DNA of 64,000 bases. It comes from an uncultured bacterium (GTDB lineage Bacteria > JAUVQV01 > CAWCAY01). The stretch covers positions 113,295-177,294 of the forward strand of contig CAWCAY010000004.1 of the NCBI GenBank assembly GCA_963793725.1, given 5' to 3'. The position numbers and the translations under genes are program-made. The notes beneath the pieces are model-generated. The model was given only the letters and a program-made list of their open reading frames with translations, was not told the origin of the DNA and did no database searches. The first letter of the stretch is position 1. Each line of letters begins with the position of its first letter. Below, in pieces: positions 17,410 through 26,267 of this stretch.

Positions 17410-19787
17410 CAAGACCACCCTCCGCGTGACCATCGACGGCATCGCCCTCGACGTCGAGCGGGGGACCACCATCCTGACCGCCGCCCGCGAGGCCGGCGTG
17501 GAGATCCCCACCCTCTGCTGGCACCCCAAGGTGAGCATCATGGGCGCCTGCCGGGTCTGCCTTGTGGAAGTCGAGGGGCTCAACAAGCTGATCGCCGCCT
17601 GCCACACGCCGGTGGCCGAGGGGATGGTCGTGCGGACGGCCACCCCGCTGATCCGCAAGGTCCGCCAGACCCTGTTCGAGCTGCTGCTGGCCCGGCACCC
17701 GAGCGACTGCTGGGGGTGCGACAAGGGGGGATGGTGCGACCTGCAGGCGCTGGCCTTCAAGTTCGGCCCCGAGCGGCACCGCTTCGAGCTGCCGCGCGTG
17801 GCCAGCCGGGTCGAGGACCGAAGCCCCTTCGTCGAGCGGGATACCCGCAAGTGCGTCATGTGCCGCCGCTGCATCCGGGTCTGCCGCGAGGTCCGGGGGA
17901 CGTCGGTCTGGGGGGCCATGTACCGCGGCTTCGACAAGAAGATCTGCACCTTCTTCGAGCAACCGCTGGGGAGCGACTTCCACGACCCCTTCAACTGCGA
18001 GTTCTGCGGCTCGTGCATCGACATCTGCCCGGTGGGCGCGCTGACCGCCAAGCCGTCCAAGTACAAGACCAGGCCGTGGGAGGTCGAGACGGCCGAGACC
18101 TCCTGCCCCTTCTGCGGCGTCGGATGCCGGATGACCGCCCACCACCGCCGGGGCGTCGCTGGTCAAGACCACCCCGGTGAAGTACCCCGACGGCAACCAC
18201 TCCGACCTCTGCTTTCGGGGCCGCTTCGGGACGATCTACGCCGCCCACCCGTCGCGCCTGACCGGGCCCAGATGGGGACGGGGTGGCGGACCGGAGGGCA
18301 ATCCCGCCCGAGAAGGCCGCGGCCGCCCTGGCCGCCGTCCTGGCCTCGGCCGGCACGCCCGGCGCGGCCTTTGTCGGCGCCCAGTCGACCGAAGAGGAGA
18401 CGGCCGCCCTGGCCTCGCTGATGGCCTCGGGCTCGGTGCCCCACCCGGTCTTCGTGCTCGATTCGCGCGGGGAAGCCGAAACCGGCGAGCCCGCATGGCC
18501 GGCGGGAGTTCGGAGCGACACCGTCGACGAACTGGCGACCGCCCGGCGCATCATCCTGATCGGCCATGATTTCACCTTCCACCACCCGGTGGCCGGCATC
18601 CGGGTTCGCAAGGCCCTCCAGGCGGGCGGAACCCTGCTGCTGGTCGATCCGCTCGACACCTTGTTGGGGAGGCAGGCGGCGGCCTGGCTGCGCGTCCCAC
18701 CCTCGTCACAGGCGGCCCTGGTCGAGCAGCTCCGGGATGAGTTGGTTTCGGCCGGCGGGGCCTCCGCCCTGGCCGGCTTCCTCGAGTCGGTTCCCGGCGG
18801 CGGGGGCGAATCCGGCGGCAAGGCGGCCGAGTGGCTCAGGGGAGAGGGGCCGCTGACGCTGGTCATCCAGAAGATCCCCGGTCAGTCGGCCGCGGTGAAC
18901 AGTGCCGCGGCCCGCCTGCTCGAGGCTGCCGGCGGCGGGAGCGTGGTCTATCTCACGCCGGACGCCGACGCCTTCGGCGCTGCGGTGATTGCCAGGGGAG
19001 CGGGACCGGCCGTCGACGAACGGGCGCTGGAGCGATCTCCTCGCTTCGGACCGGCGCGTGCCGGCGGTCTTCTTCCTGCGGGCCGATCCGCTGGGCGAGA
19101 GCGCCCGGGCCGACCTCTGGGAGGCGCTGCGGCGCCGGTCGACCACCTGGGTGGTGTTCGACTCGTTCCCAACCCGCACCGCGACCCAGGCCGACTTGGT
19201 GCTGCCGGTGCCGCTGTTCACCGAGAACGGCGGGGAGCATCCGGGCGGCCGGCGGCCCCGGCTCGTTCACCCGCCTGTACCAGCCGCCGGCGGGCGTGCG
19301 CGACATGCTATCATGGGCCGGGAGTGCCGCGGCGGCGCTCGGCAAGGGCCTCGCCTGGGACGGCGGCGCGGCCGGCCTGGACGACATCCGGGCCAGGGGG
19401 AGGCGGGTCGGGCAGGCTCCCCCGGCGCCGGTTGCTCCGGCGGCGATCTGCCGGGGCGGGGAATCCTTCTGGCTCTTCGCGCGCTTCCACCGTTTCCCCG
19501 GCCATCGACTGGAACTGGCCGAGGCCCGGGCGGTCATCGGCCCGCAGGAGTGCCTGGAGGTGCACCCGGCCGACGCGGGAGCCATGGGCCTGCTGGACGG
19601 GGAACGGGTGACGGTCGAGGCAAGCGGCGCATCGGCGGCGTTCGCCGTGCGGGTGACGCCGCGCACGCCCCCGGGGTGCCTCTGCCTGCCGTTCGACCCG
19701 TCGTTCGGCGAGGTCATCCGATTCATGAGAGCCCTCGGGCCCGGTTTCGTCTCCGGCGGCGCGGCCGTATCCGCGAGAAAGGGGTGA
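17399..19787 (+). CDS. nuoG: NADH-quinone oxidoreductase subunit G; about four apparent frameshifts (near 18160, 18290, 19030, 19250)
   Basis: N-terminal Fe-S motifs (IPTLCWH, CRVCLVE, HPSDCWGCD, CVMCRRC, CEFCGSCIDICP, CPFCGVGC...CFRGRFG). Molybdopterin-fold remnants (TATQADLVLP; EVHPADA) are spread over successive frames. Confidence 0.85.
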
Positions 19788-19788
19788 G

Positions 19789-20265
19789 GTGATGTACAGG
19801 AAGGAACTGCTGCGGAAGATAACCTTCTTCGAGGGACTCTCCGACCAGGAACTCGACCAGCTGGTTGCCGCCACCGAAACCATCGTCTGCCAGAAGGGCG
19901 AGGCGGTCTACTCCGAGGACAAGGGGGGCTCGTCCCTGTTCATCATCGTCCGCGGGATGGTCCGGATCACCAAGGTGGTCACCTTCGACGAGAAGCAGAC
20001 CCTCACTCGTCTCCGCCCGGGCGAATTCTTCGGCGAGATGTCGTTCATCGATGGCCACCAGCACTCGGCCACCGCCGAGGCGGTCGAGGAGACCGAACTG
20101 GTCGTGCTGAGCCGCTCCAGGTTCGACCGGGTGGCGGAGGCGAACCCCGACCTGGCCTACAAGGTGATGATGCGCCTCGCGCTGCAGCTCTCGATGCTGC
20201 TGCGCAAGATGGACGAGCGGTTCGTGGAGATGGTCAACTACATATGGGGGAAGGGCAAGGTCTGA
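19789..20265 (+). CDS. Stand-alone cyclic-nucleotide-binding domain protein (no HTH) inside the nuo operon
   Basis: 158 aa; FFEGLSDQEL, GEAVYSE, LFIIVRGMV, PGEFFGEMSFIDGHQHSATAEA; stop overlaps the nuoH ATG. Confidence 0.9.
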   Translation: MMYRKELLRKITFFEGLSDQELDQLVAATETIVCQKGEAVYSEDKGGSSLFIIVRGMVRITKVVTFDEKQTLTRLRPGEFFGEMSFIDGHQHSATAEAVEETELVVLSRSRFDRVAEANPDLAYKVMMRLALQLSMLLRKMDERFVEMVNYIWGKGKV

Positions 20266-21222
20266 TGACAGTCGTCCTGCTGGCGGTCAAGATCCTGGTG
20301 CTGATCGTCCTGGTCCTGCTGGGGGCGGCCTACGTCCTCCTGGCCGAACGGCGCCTGCTGAGCCGCTTCCAGATGCGCATCGGGCCCAACCGGTGCGGCC
20401 CCCTGGGATTGGTCCAACCGCTGGCCGACGCGGCCAAGCTGATGGGCAAGGAGTTCCTCGTGCCCGACGGCGCCGACCGGTTCCTCTTCCGGCTGGCGCC
20501 GGTCCTGGCCATGGTGTCCGCCTTCGGCGTCTATGCTTTCATCCCCCTCGGGCCGGGGCTGATGATCTCCGACGTCAACACCGCGCTGCTGATGCTCCTG
20601 GCCGTCTCCTCCATGGGGGTCTACGCGATCGTCCTGGGGGGGACCTCCTCCAACAACTCCTTCTCCGCCATGGGCGCCCTGCGCTCGGCCGCCCAGATGA
20701 TCAGCTACGAGGTGTCGCTGGTGCTGGCCGCCATGGGCGCGGTGACCGGCGCCTCGTCGCTCAGCCTGCGGGAGATCGTCGACTACCAGAGCGAACTCCC
20801 GATGGTGGTCAGGGAGCCGGCCACTATCCTGTCGATGCTGGTCTTCTTCATCGCCGCCATGGCCGAGACCAACCGCACCCCGTTCGACCTGCCCGAAGCC
20901 GAGAGCGAACTGGTCGGCGGCTACCACACCGAGTACACCGCCATGGGCTTCGGCCTCTTCTTCCTGGGCGAGTACACCAACATCATCACCGTCTGCCTGC
21001 TGACCTCGATCCTCTTCCTGGGCGGCTGGCACGGGCCCGGCGCCCGACGGCATCTGGTGGCTGCTGGCCAAGGCGGTGCCGTTGATATTCGTCTTCATCT
21101 GGGCCCGGGGGACCATGCTCCGCTTCCGGTACGACAAGCTCATGGCCTTCGGGTGGAAGTTTCTGCTGCCGCTTTCGGCCGCGGCCCTGGTCCTGGAAGG
21201 GGCCTGGAAGGTGCTGAGGTAG
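20265..21222 (+). CDS. nuoH: NADH-quinone oxidoreductase subunit H; one apparent frameshift near 21045
   Basis: ERRLLSRFQMRIGPN, QPLADAAKL, ETNRTPFDLPEAESELVGGY. After the shift: RFRYDKLMAFGWKFLLPLS, stop TAG 21220-21222. Confidence 0.92.
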
Positions 21223-21228
21223 GCCGCC

Positions 21229-21642
21229 ATGGTGGGCGAAATCATCAAGGGCTTCTGGATCACGCTGCGGACCTTCTTCGGGCCGCCGATCACCGTCAGC
21301 TACCCGGAGGAGCGGCGCCCGGTTTCGCGGGGGTACCGCGGTGTCCCGTCGTTGCGCCGCCACCCGGACGGCCGCGAGCGGTGCGTGGCCTGCACGCTGT
21401 GCGTCAGAATCTGCCCGGCCCGCTGTATCGAAATGACCACCGGCGAGGGGCCAGACGGGGCCAAATACCCGTTCGAGTACCGGATCGACGCGGGGCGCTG
21501 CCTCTACTGTGGGCTGTGCGCCGAGGTCTGCCCGGTCGAGGCGGTGGTCCTTTCGTCGAGCTACGAGTTCACCGTCAGGGACCGCCGCGGCGCAATCCTC
21601 GACAAGGAGGCCCTGCTGGCCCTCGGGGAGAAGGAGCGATGA
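21229..21642 (+). CDS. nuoI: NADH-quinone oxidoreductase subunit I
   Basis: Two CxxCxxCxxxCP motifs (CVACTLCVRICP; CLYCGLCAEVCP). Confidence 0.95.
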   Translation: MVGEIIKGFWITLRTFFGPPITVSYPEERRPVSRGYRGVPSLRRHPDGRERCVACTLCVRICPARCIEMTTGEGPDGAKYPFEYRIDAGRCLYCGLCAEVCPVEAVVLSSSYEFTVRDRRGAILDKEALLALGEKER

Positions 21643-22142
21643 TCGCCGCCGTCTTCACGCTGCTGGCGCTGGCGGCCATCGGTTCGTCGCTGATGACCGT
21701 CCTTTCGAGGCGCATCTTCTACGGGGCGCTGTACCTGCTGGTGTCGATGCTGGCCACGGCCGGCATCTTCGTCCTGCTGGGGGCCGAGTTCCTGGCCGCC
21801 GTCCAGGTGCTCATCTACGCCGGCTCGGTCATGGTGCTGTTCGTCTTCGTGCTGATGACGGTCGGGTTCCGGGAGGAGAGCCGCGAGCCGCGGGGCCCCG
21901 GCTGGTGGGCCACGCTGCTGGGCCTGGGCGGGCTGATCCTGTGGCAGCTCATCGCCGCGGTGCGCTCGCTGGACGGGGGCGGGGAGTGCGCCGGGGTGCT
22001 GCCGACGCCCCCCGGGGACACCACCCGGGCCATGGCCGACATCCTCTTCGGCGAGCGGCTGGTCGCCCTGGAAGTCGTGTCTTTGCTGATCCTGGCGGTC
22101 ATGGTCGGCATCGCCGCCCTGCGGCGGGAGGAGCGCCGGTGA
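21639..22142 (+). CDS. nuoJ: NADH-quinone oxidoreductase subunit J
   Basis: AEFLAAVQVLIYAGSVMVLFVF. Confidence 0.93.
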   Translation: MIAAVFTLLALAAIGSSLMTVLSRRIFYGALYLLVSMLATAGIFVLLGAEFLAAVQVLIYAGSVMVLFVFVLMTVGFREESREPRGPGWWATLLGLGGLILWQLIAAVRSLDGGGECAGVLPTPPGDTTRAMADILFGERLVALEVVSLLILAVMVGIAALRREERR

Positions 22143-22450
22143 TCCCCCTGTCGTGGTGCCTCGTCCTGGGCGCGGTCCTGTTCGCCATCGGTTTCCTGGG
22201 CGTGGTCCTGCGGCGCAACGGCCTGTCGATGCTCCTGGCGGTCGAGATCATGGTCAACGCCGCCAACCTGAACCTGGTCGCGTTCGCCACGACCTGGGGG
22301 CTGATCGAGGGGCAGACCCTGGTCCTCTTCATCATCGGCGTCGAGGCGGCCGAACTGGCCGCGGCGCTCGCGGTGGTGACCGCCTGGCGGCGGCTCACCG
22401 GGGAGAACGAATTGGACGCCGCCCATTCCCTGAGGGACGAACATGAGTGA
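22139..22450 (+). CDS. nuoK: NADH-quinone oxidoreductase subunit K
   Basis: RRN...VEIMVNAANLNL...AAELA; about 100 aa, 3 TM. Confidence 0.93.
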   Translation: MIPLSWCLVLGAVLFAIGFLGVVLRRNGLSMLLAVEIMVNAANLNLVAFATTWGLIEGQTLVLFIIGVEAAELAAALAVVTAWRRLTGENELDAAHSLRDEHE

Positions 22451-23918
22451 CGGCTTCCCGCTGCTGACGCTGTTGCTCTTCCTGCCGCTTGCGGGCGGGC
22501 TGGCGGTGGCCTGCATTCCCGGGCGCTTGGAAAGGCTGGCCACGGGGGCGGCGACGGCCGTCTCGCTGGCGGCCCTGGGGCTCGGCCTGGCGGCGGCCGG
22601 CCGTTTCGACGCCGCCTCGGGCATCGGGCCGGTCGAGCGGTTCGACTGGATCCCGCGCTTCGGCATCGCCTTCCACCTCGGGCTCGACGGGCTGTCGCTG
22701 GCCCTGGTCCTGCTGACGCTCTTCCTGGTCCCCTTCGCCCTGTCGGGCGCCGCCGCAGGGTCGGCCGGCGGGCGCAGCCGTTTCCTCGGCCTGATGCTCG
22801 CCCTGGAAACCGGGCTCCTGGGCGTCTTCATGGCCCGCGACCTGGTCCTCTTCTACCTCTTCTGGGAGACGATGCTCATCCCGGCCTACTTCCTGCTGGG
22901 CGTGTGGGGCGGGCGCCACCGGGTCCGGGCGACCACCCGGTTCATGATCTACACCATAGCCGGCAGCCTGTTGATGCTGGTCGGCATCATGGTCCTGTAC
23001 GTCCGCCAGACCGCCCAGGGCGGGTGGGGGACGTTCGACATGGAGGTCCTGGCGGGGTCCGCCGCCGGCGCCGCCGCCCCCTGGGCGTTCCTCCTCTTCG
23101 CCGTCGCCTTTGCCGTCAAGACGCCCGTCTTCCCTTTCCACTCCTGGCTGGCCGACGCCTACGTCGAGGCGCCGACCGGGCTGTCGATGCTGATGTCGGG
23201 AGTGATGGCCAAGATGGGCGTCTACGGCTTCCTGCGCGTCTGCCTGCCCCTCTTCCCCGGCGAGGCCCGCCGCTACGCCGCCGTGGCCATGGCCCTGGCG
23301 CTGGCCGGCGCCCTGTGGGGAGCCCTGATGGCCCTCGCCCAGCGCGACCTCAAGCGGCTGATCGCCTGGTCGAGCTTCTCGCACATGGGCTTCATCACGC
23401 TGGGCGTCTTCAGCCTGACCGAGTCCGGGATCACCGGGGCCTCCTTCCAGATGGTGAGCCACGGCCTTACGACCGGCGGGCTCTTCCTGGCGGCCTCGTG
23501 CCTCTCCCGGGGCGGTGGCGGGATCGAATCGCTGGCCGCCGGCCCGGCGGGGGGCCGCCGCGGCGGGGCGCTGCTGACCTTCTTCGCCCTGGCCTCCCTG
23601 GGCATGCCCGGCACGGCCTCGTTCATCGGCGAGTTCCTGATCGTCGCCGGGGCCTTCAGGGCCGGCGCCTGGACGGGTCTCGTCGCCTGCATGGCGGTGG
23701 CCATGGGCGCCTGGTACATGCTCCGCCTGCTTCGCCGGGGCGTCTACCAGCCGCCCAAGCCGGTGGTTCACGGGGAGGTCGATCTGACCGCTCGGGAAAC
23801 GGCGCTCCTGGTCGTCCTGGGCATTGCCCTGGTCGTCCTGGGCGTGTTCCCCGGCGTCCTGACGGCCATCCTGCACGCCGCCACCGCGGGCATCCTGGCT
23901 GCCGTGGGAGGGGCCTGA
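22443..23918 (+). CDS. nuoM: NADH-quinone oxidoreductase subunit M
   Basis: DWIPRFGI, LGLDGLS, FYLFWETMLIP, VKTPVFPFHSWL, KMGVYG, SHMG, GEFL; 491 aa, no long C-terminal transverse helix. Confidence 0.9.
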   Translation: MSDGFPLLTLLLFLPLAGGLAVACIPGRLERLATGAATAVSLAALGLGLAAAGRFDAASGIGPVERFDWIPRFGIAFHLGLDGLSLALVLLTLFLVPFALSGAAAGSAGGRSRFLGLMLALETGLLGVFMARDLVLFYLFWETMLIPAYFLLGVWGGRHRVRATTRFMIYTIAGSLLMLVGIMVLYVRQTAQGGWGTFDMEVLAGSAAGAAAPWAFLLFAVAFAVKTPVFPFHSWLADAYVEAPTGLSMLMSGVMAKMGVYGFLRVCLPLFPGEARRYAAVAMALALAGALWGALMALAQRDLKRLIAWSSFSHMGFITLGVFSLTESGITGASFQMVSHGLTTGGLFLAASCLSRGGGGIESLAAGPAGGRRGGALLTFFALASLGMPGTASFIGEFLIVAGAFRAGAWTGLVACMAVAMGAWYMLRLLRRGVYQPPKPVVHGEVDLTARETALLVVLGIALVVLGVFPGVLTAILHAATAGILAAVGGA

Positions 23919-23920
23919 CC

Positions 23921-25315
23921 GTGCACGCCTACCTGCCGGAAGTCGTCGTCGCCGCCGGCGCCCTGGCCATCCTCGCCTGGGGCGCCATCCGGCCGTCACG
24001 CACCGGCCCGGGGGTCTCCTTCATGGCCCTGGCGGCGCTGACCGCCGGGGTGCTGACCATGATCATGCCCGGCCTCGCGGGCGGGGGGGGCGCGTCGCTG
24101 CCGGGCGGGGCCTTCATCTACCGGGTGACCATCCTGTTCGCCGCCTCGCTGACCGTCTTCCTGTCCCACGAGTATGTGCTCGTGTCGCTGATGCCGGCCA
24201 CCGAATACTACGTCCTGCTGCTCCTCTCCACGGTGGGCATGATGCTGGTCTCCGGGGCCGCCGACTATCTGGTCTTCTTCCTCGGCCTCGAGTTGATGAG
24301 CCTGCCGCTGGTGCTGATGTGCGCCATCGGCAGGGGATCGTCGGCCCCCAAGGAGGCGGCGGTCAAGTACCTCCTCTACGGCCTGACCGCGTCGGCGGTG
24401 CTGCTGTTCGGTTTGACCATGATCTACGGCATCCAGGGCTCGTGGGAACTGGATGGAGGGGATTTCAGCGCCGGTGGGGCCGCCGCGGCCGTCGCCCTGG
24501 TGCTGGTCCTGGTGGGCCTGAGCTTCAAGATGGGCCTGGTCCCGTTCCACATGTGGATGCCCGACGTCCTGTCCGGCAGCCCGGCGCCGGTGGCCTCGTT
24601 CATCGCCACCGGGTCCAAGGTGGCCGTGTTCGCCTTTGCCGGGCGGGCGCTCACAACCTCGCTGGGGGATCTTTCGCCGGTCTGGTTCACGATACTCCAA
24701 GTGACGGCAGTGGCCTCGATGCTGTGGGGGAACCTGGCCGCCCTGGCGCAGCGCGACGTCAAGAGGCTCATGGCCTACTCGGGGGTCGCCCACGCCGGCT
24801 ACCTGGCGGTGGCTTTGCTGGCCGCCGACCGCCTGCCGGAGGAAAGCCTGGCCAGCCTCGGGTTCTACCTCTTCGCCTACGTCTTCCTGACCGCCGGCTG
24901 CTTCGCCCTCTTCGCGGCCATCGAGACGCCGGGCGAGCGGTTGACGACCGACCGGCTCGCCGGCCTGGGCCGCCGGCACCCGGTTGTCGGCGCGGCCATG
25001 GCCCTGTTCCTGTTCGGCCTGGCCGGCCTGCCGCCGACCTCCGGCTTCATGGCCAAGTTCTGGATCTTCCTGGCGGCCGTCCACGCCGACCTGACCTGGC
25101 TGGCCGTCGTCGGCGTCGTCGCCTCGGCCATCGGCGCCGTCTACTACCTCCGCCTGGTGCGGATCATCTTCATGGACCAGCCTTCCGGTGCGACCCCCCC
25201 GGTGGTGCCCGGAATCGGCGTCTTCGCCCTCCTTCTGGCCGTGCTGGCCACCATCTGGCTGGGAGTGATGCCCGGCCGCTTCCTGGAGTTCATCCGCTTC
25301 ACCACCCATCCATGA
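23921..25315 (+). CDS. nuoN: NADH-quinone oxidoreductase subunit N
   Basis: GLELMSLPL, EAAVKY, FKMGLVPFHMWMPDV, KRLMAYSGVAHAGY, GLPPTSGFMAKF. Confidence 0.92.
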   Translation: MHAYLPEVVVAAGALAILAWGAIRPSRTGPGVSFMALAALTAGVLTMIMPGLAGGGGASLPGGAFIYRVTILFAASLTVFLSHEYVLVSLMPATEYYVLLLLSTVGMMLVSGAADYLVFFLGLELMSLPLVLMCAIGRGSSAPKEAAVKYLLYGLTASAVLLFGLTMIYGIQGSWELDGGDFSAGGAAAAVALVLVLVGLSFKMGLVPFHMWMPDVLSGSPAPVASFIATGSKVAVFAFAGRALTTSLGDLSPVWFTILQVTAVASMLWGNLAALAQRDVKRLMAYSGVAHAGYLAVALLAADRLPEESLASLGFYLFAYVFLTAGCFALFAAIETPGERLTTDRLAGLGRRHPVVGAAMALFLFGLAGLPPTSGFMAKFWIFLAAVHADLTWLAVVGVVASAIGAVYYLRLVRIIFMDQPSGATPPVVPGIGVFALLLAVLATIWLGVMPGRFLEFIRFTTHP

Positions 25316-26199
25316 AGTCGGTTGTCCTGCTCGGCCGATCGGTGGACGCCAGCCCCTCTCCGGCCATGCACAACGCCGCCTTCCGGTCGCTCGGGCTCCC
25401 CCTCCGCTACGTGGCGCTGTCGCTCGAGGCGACGGACCTGCCCGGGGCGGTGGAGGCGATCCGGGAGCTCGGCCTGGCCGGGGCCAACGTGACCGTCCCC
25501 TACAAGGACGCGGTGATTCCGCTGATCGACGACGTCCGTGGTGCCGCCGCGCGCCTCGGGAGCGTCAACACCATCGTCAACCGGGATGGCCGGCTGACCG
25601 GGTACAGCACCGACGGTCACGGTTTCGCGCGCTCCTGCGCCTTCCACGGCATCGGCCTGGCCGGAGTCACGGCGCTGATGGTCGGCTCGGGCGGGGCCGC
25701 CCGTTGCGTGGCCGACGCGCTGGCCGGGTGCGGCACCGGGCGCCTGGTCGTCCTGGGACGGAGCGCCGCCGGGCTGGAAGCCCTGGCAACGGCCGTGGGC
25801 GGCGCCCGCCCGGCATTCGATCTGTCGACCCATACCCTGGAGGCCTGCCGCGGACGTGATTTCACCGGCGCTTCCCTGGTGGTCAATGCCGCGTCTTCGG
25901 ACGACTGGATCGACCGGGTCGATCCGGAAGCCTTCCCCGGGGCGGGCTCCGTCGCCTGCGACCTGAACTACCGGCCAGGCTCCCGGTTCCTCAACTGGGC
26001 GGCGTCCCGGGGGGCGCGGGCGGTCGACGGCCTGGCCATGCTCCTCTTCCAGGGCGAGGCGTCCTTCGGACTGTGGACCGGGATCGAGCCGCCTCACGGT
26101 GTGATGGCCGTCGCGCTGGCGGAAGCCGCCGGTCTCCCCGCGGGCCATTTCGCCCGCGCGGGCGCTCCCGCCGGTGATTTCCCCAACTTGACAGATTGA
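25312..26199 (+). CDS. aroE: Shikimate dehydrogenase
   Basis: SPSPAMHN, GANVTVPYK, SVNTI, GYSTDG, GSGGAA, DLNY, DGLAMLLFQG. Confidence 0.92.
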   Translation: MKSVVLLGRSVDASPSPAMHNAAFRSLGLPLRYVALSLEATDLPGAVEAIRELGLAGANVTVPYKDAVIPLIDDVRGAAARLGSVNTIVNRDGRLTGYSTDGHGFARSCAFHGIGLAGVTALMVGSGGAARCVADALAGCGTGRLVVLGRSAAGLEALATAVGGARPAFDLSTHTLEACRGRDFTGASLVVNAASSDDWIDRVDPEAFPGAGSVACDLNYRPGSRFLNWAASRGARAVDGLAMLLFQGEASFGLWTGIEPPHGVMAVALAEAAGLPAGHFARAGAPAGDFPNLTD

Positions 26200-26216
26200 T
26201 CTGCCCTGTCTAAGAT
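26188..26216 (+). promoter_or_regulatory. Putative sigma70 promoter for pilB
   Basis: TTGACA (26188-26193), 17 bp, TAAGAT (26211-26216), overlapping the aroE 3' end. Confidence 0.6.
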
Positions 26217-26267
26217 GCAGAAGCTGGGAACAAGGGCACTTGGCGTCGATAATCGTGGAGCGGAATC

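Noticed and set aside
20244-25315. Apparent fusions in the ORF track (nuoH-nuoJ 20244-22142; also 22904-25315, 38077-40416, 41852-43804, 24319-26199)
   Set aside because: Produced by open off-frame read-through or indels. Each downstream gene has its own start overlapping the upstream stop.
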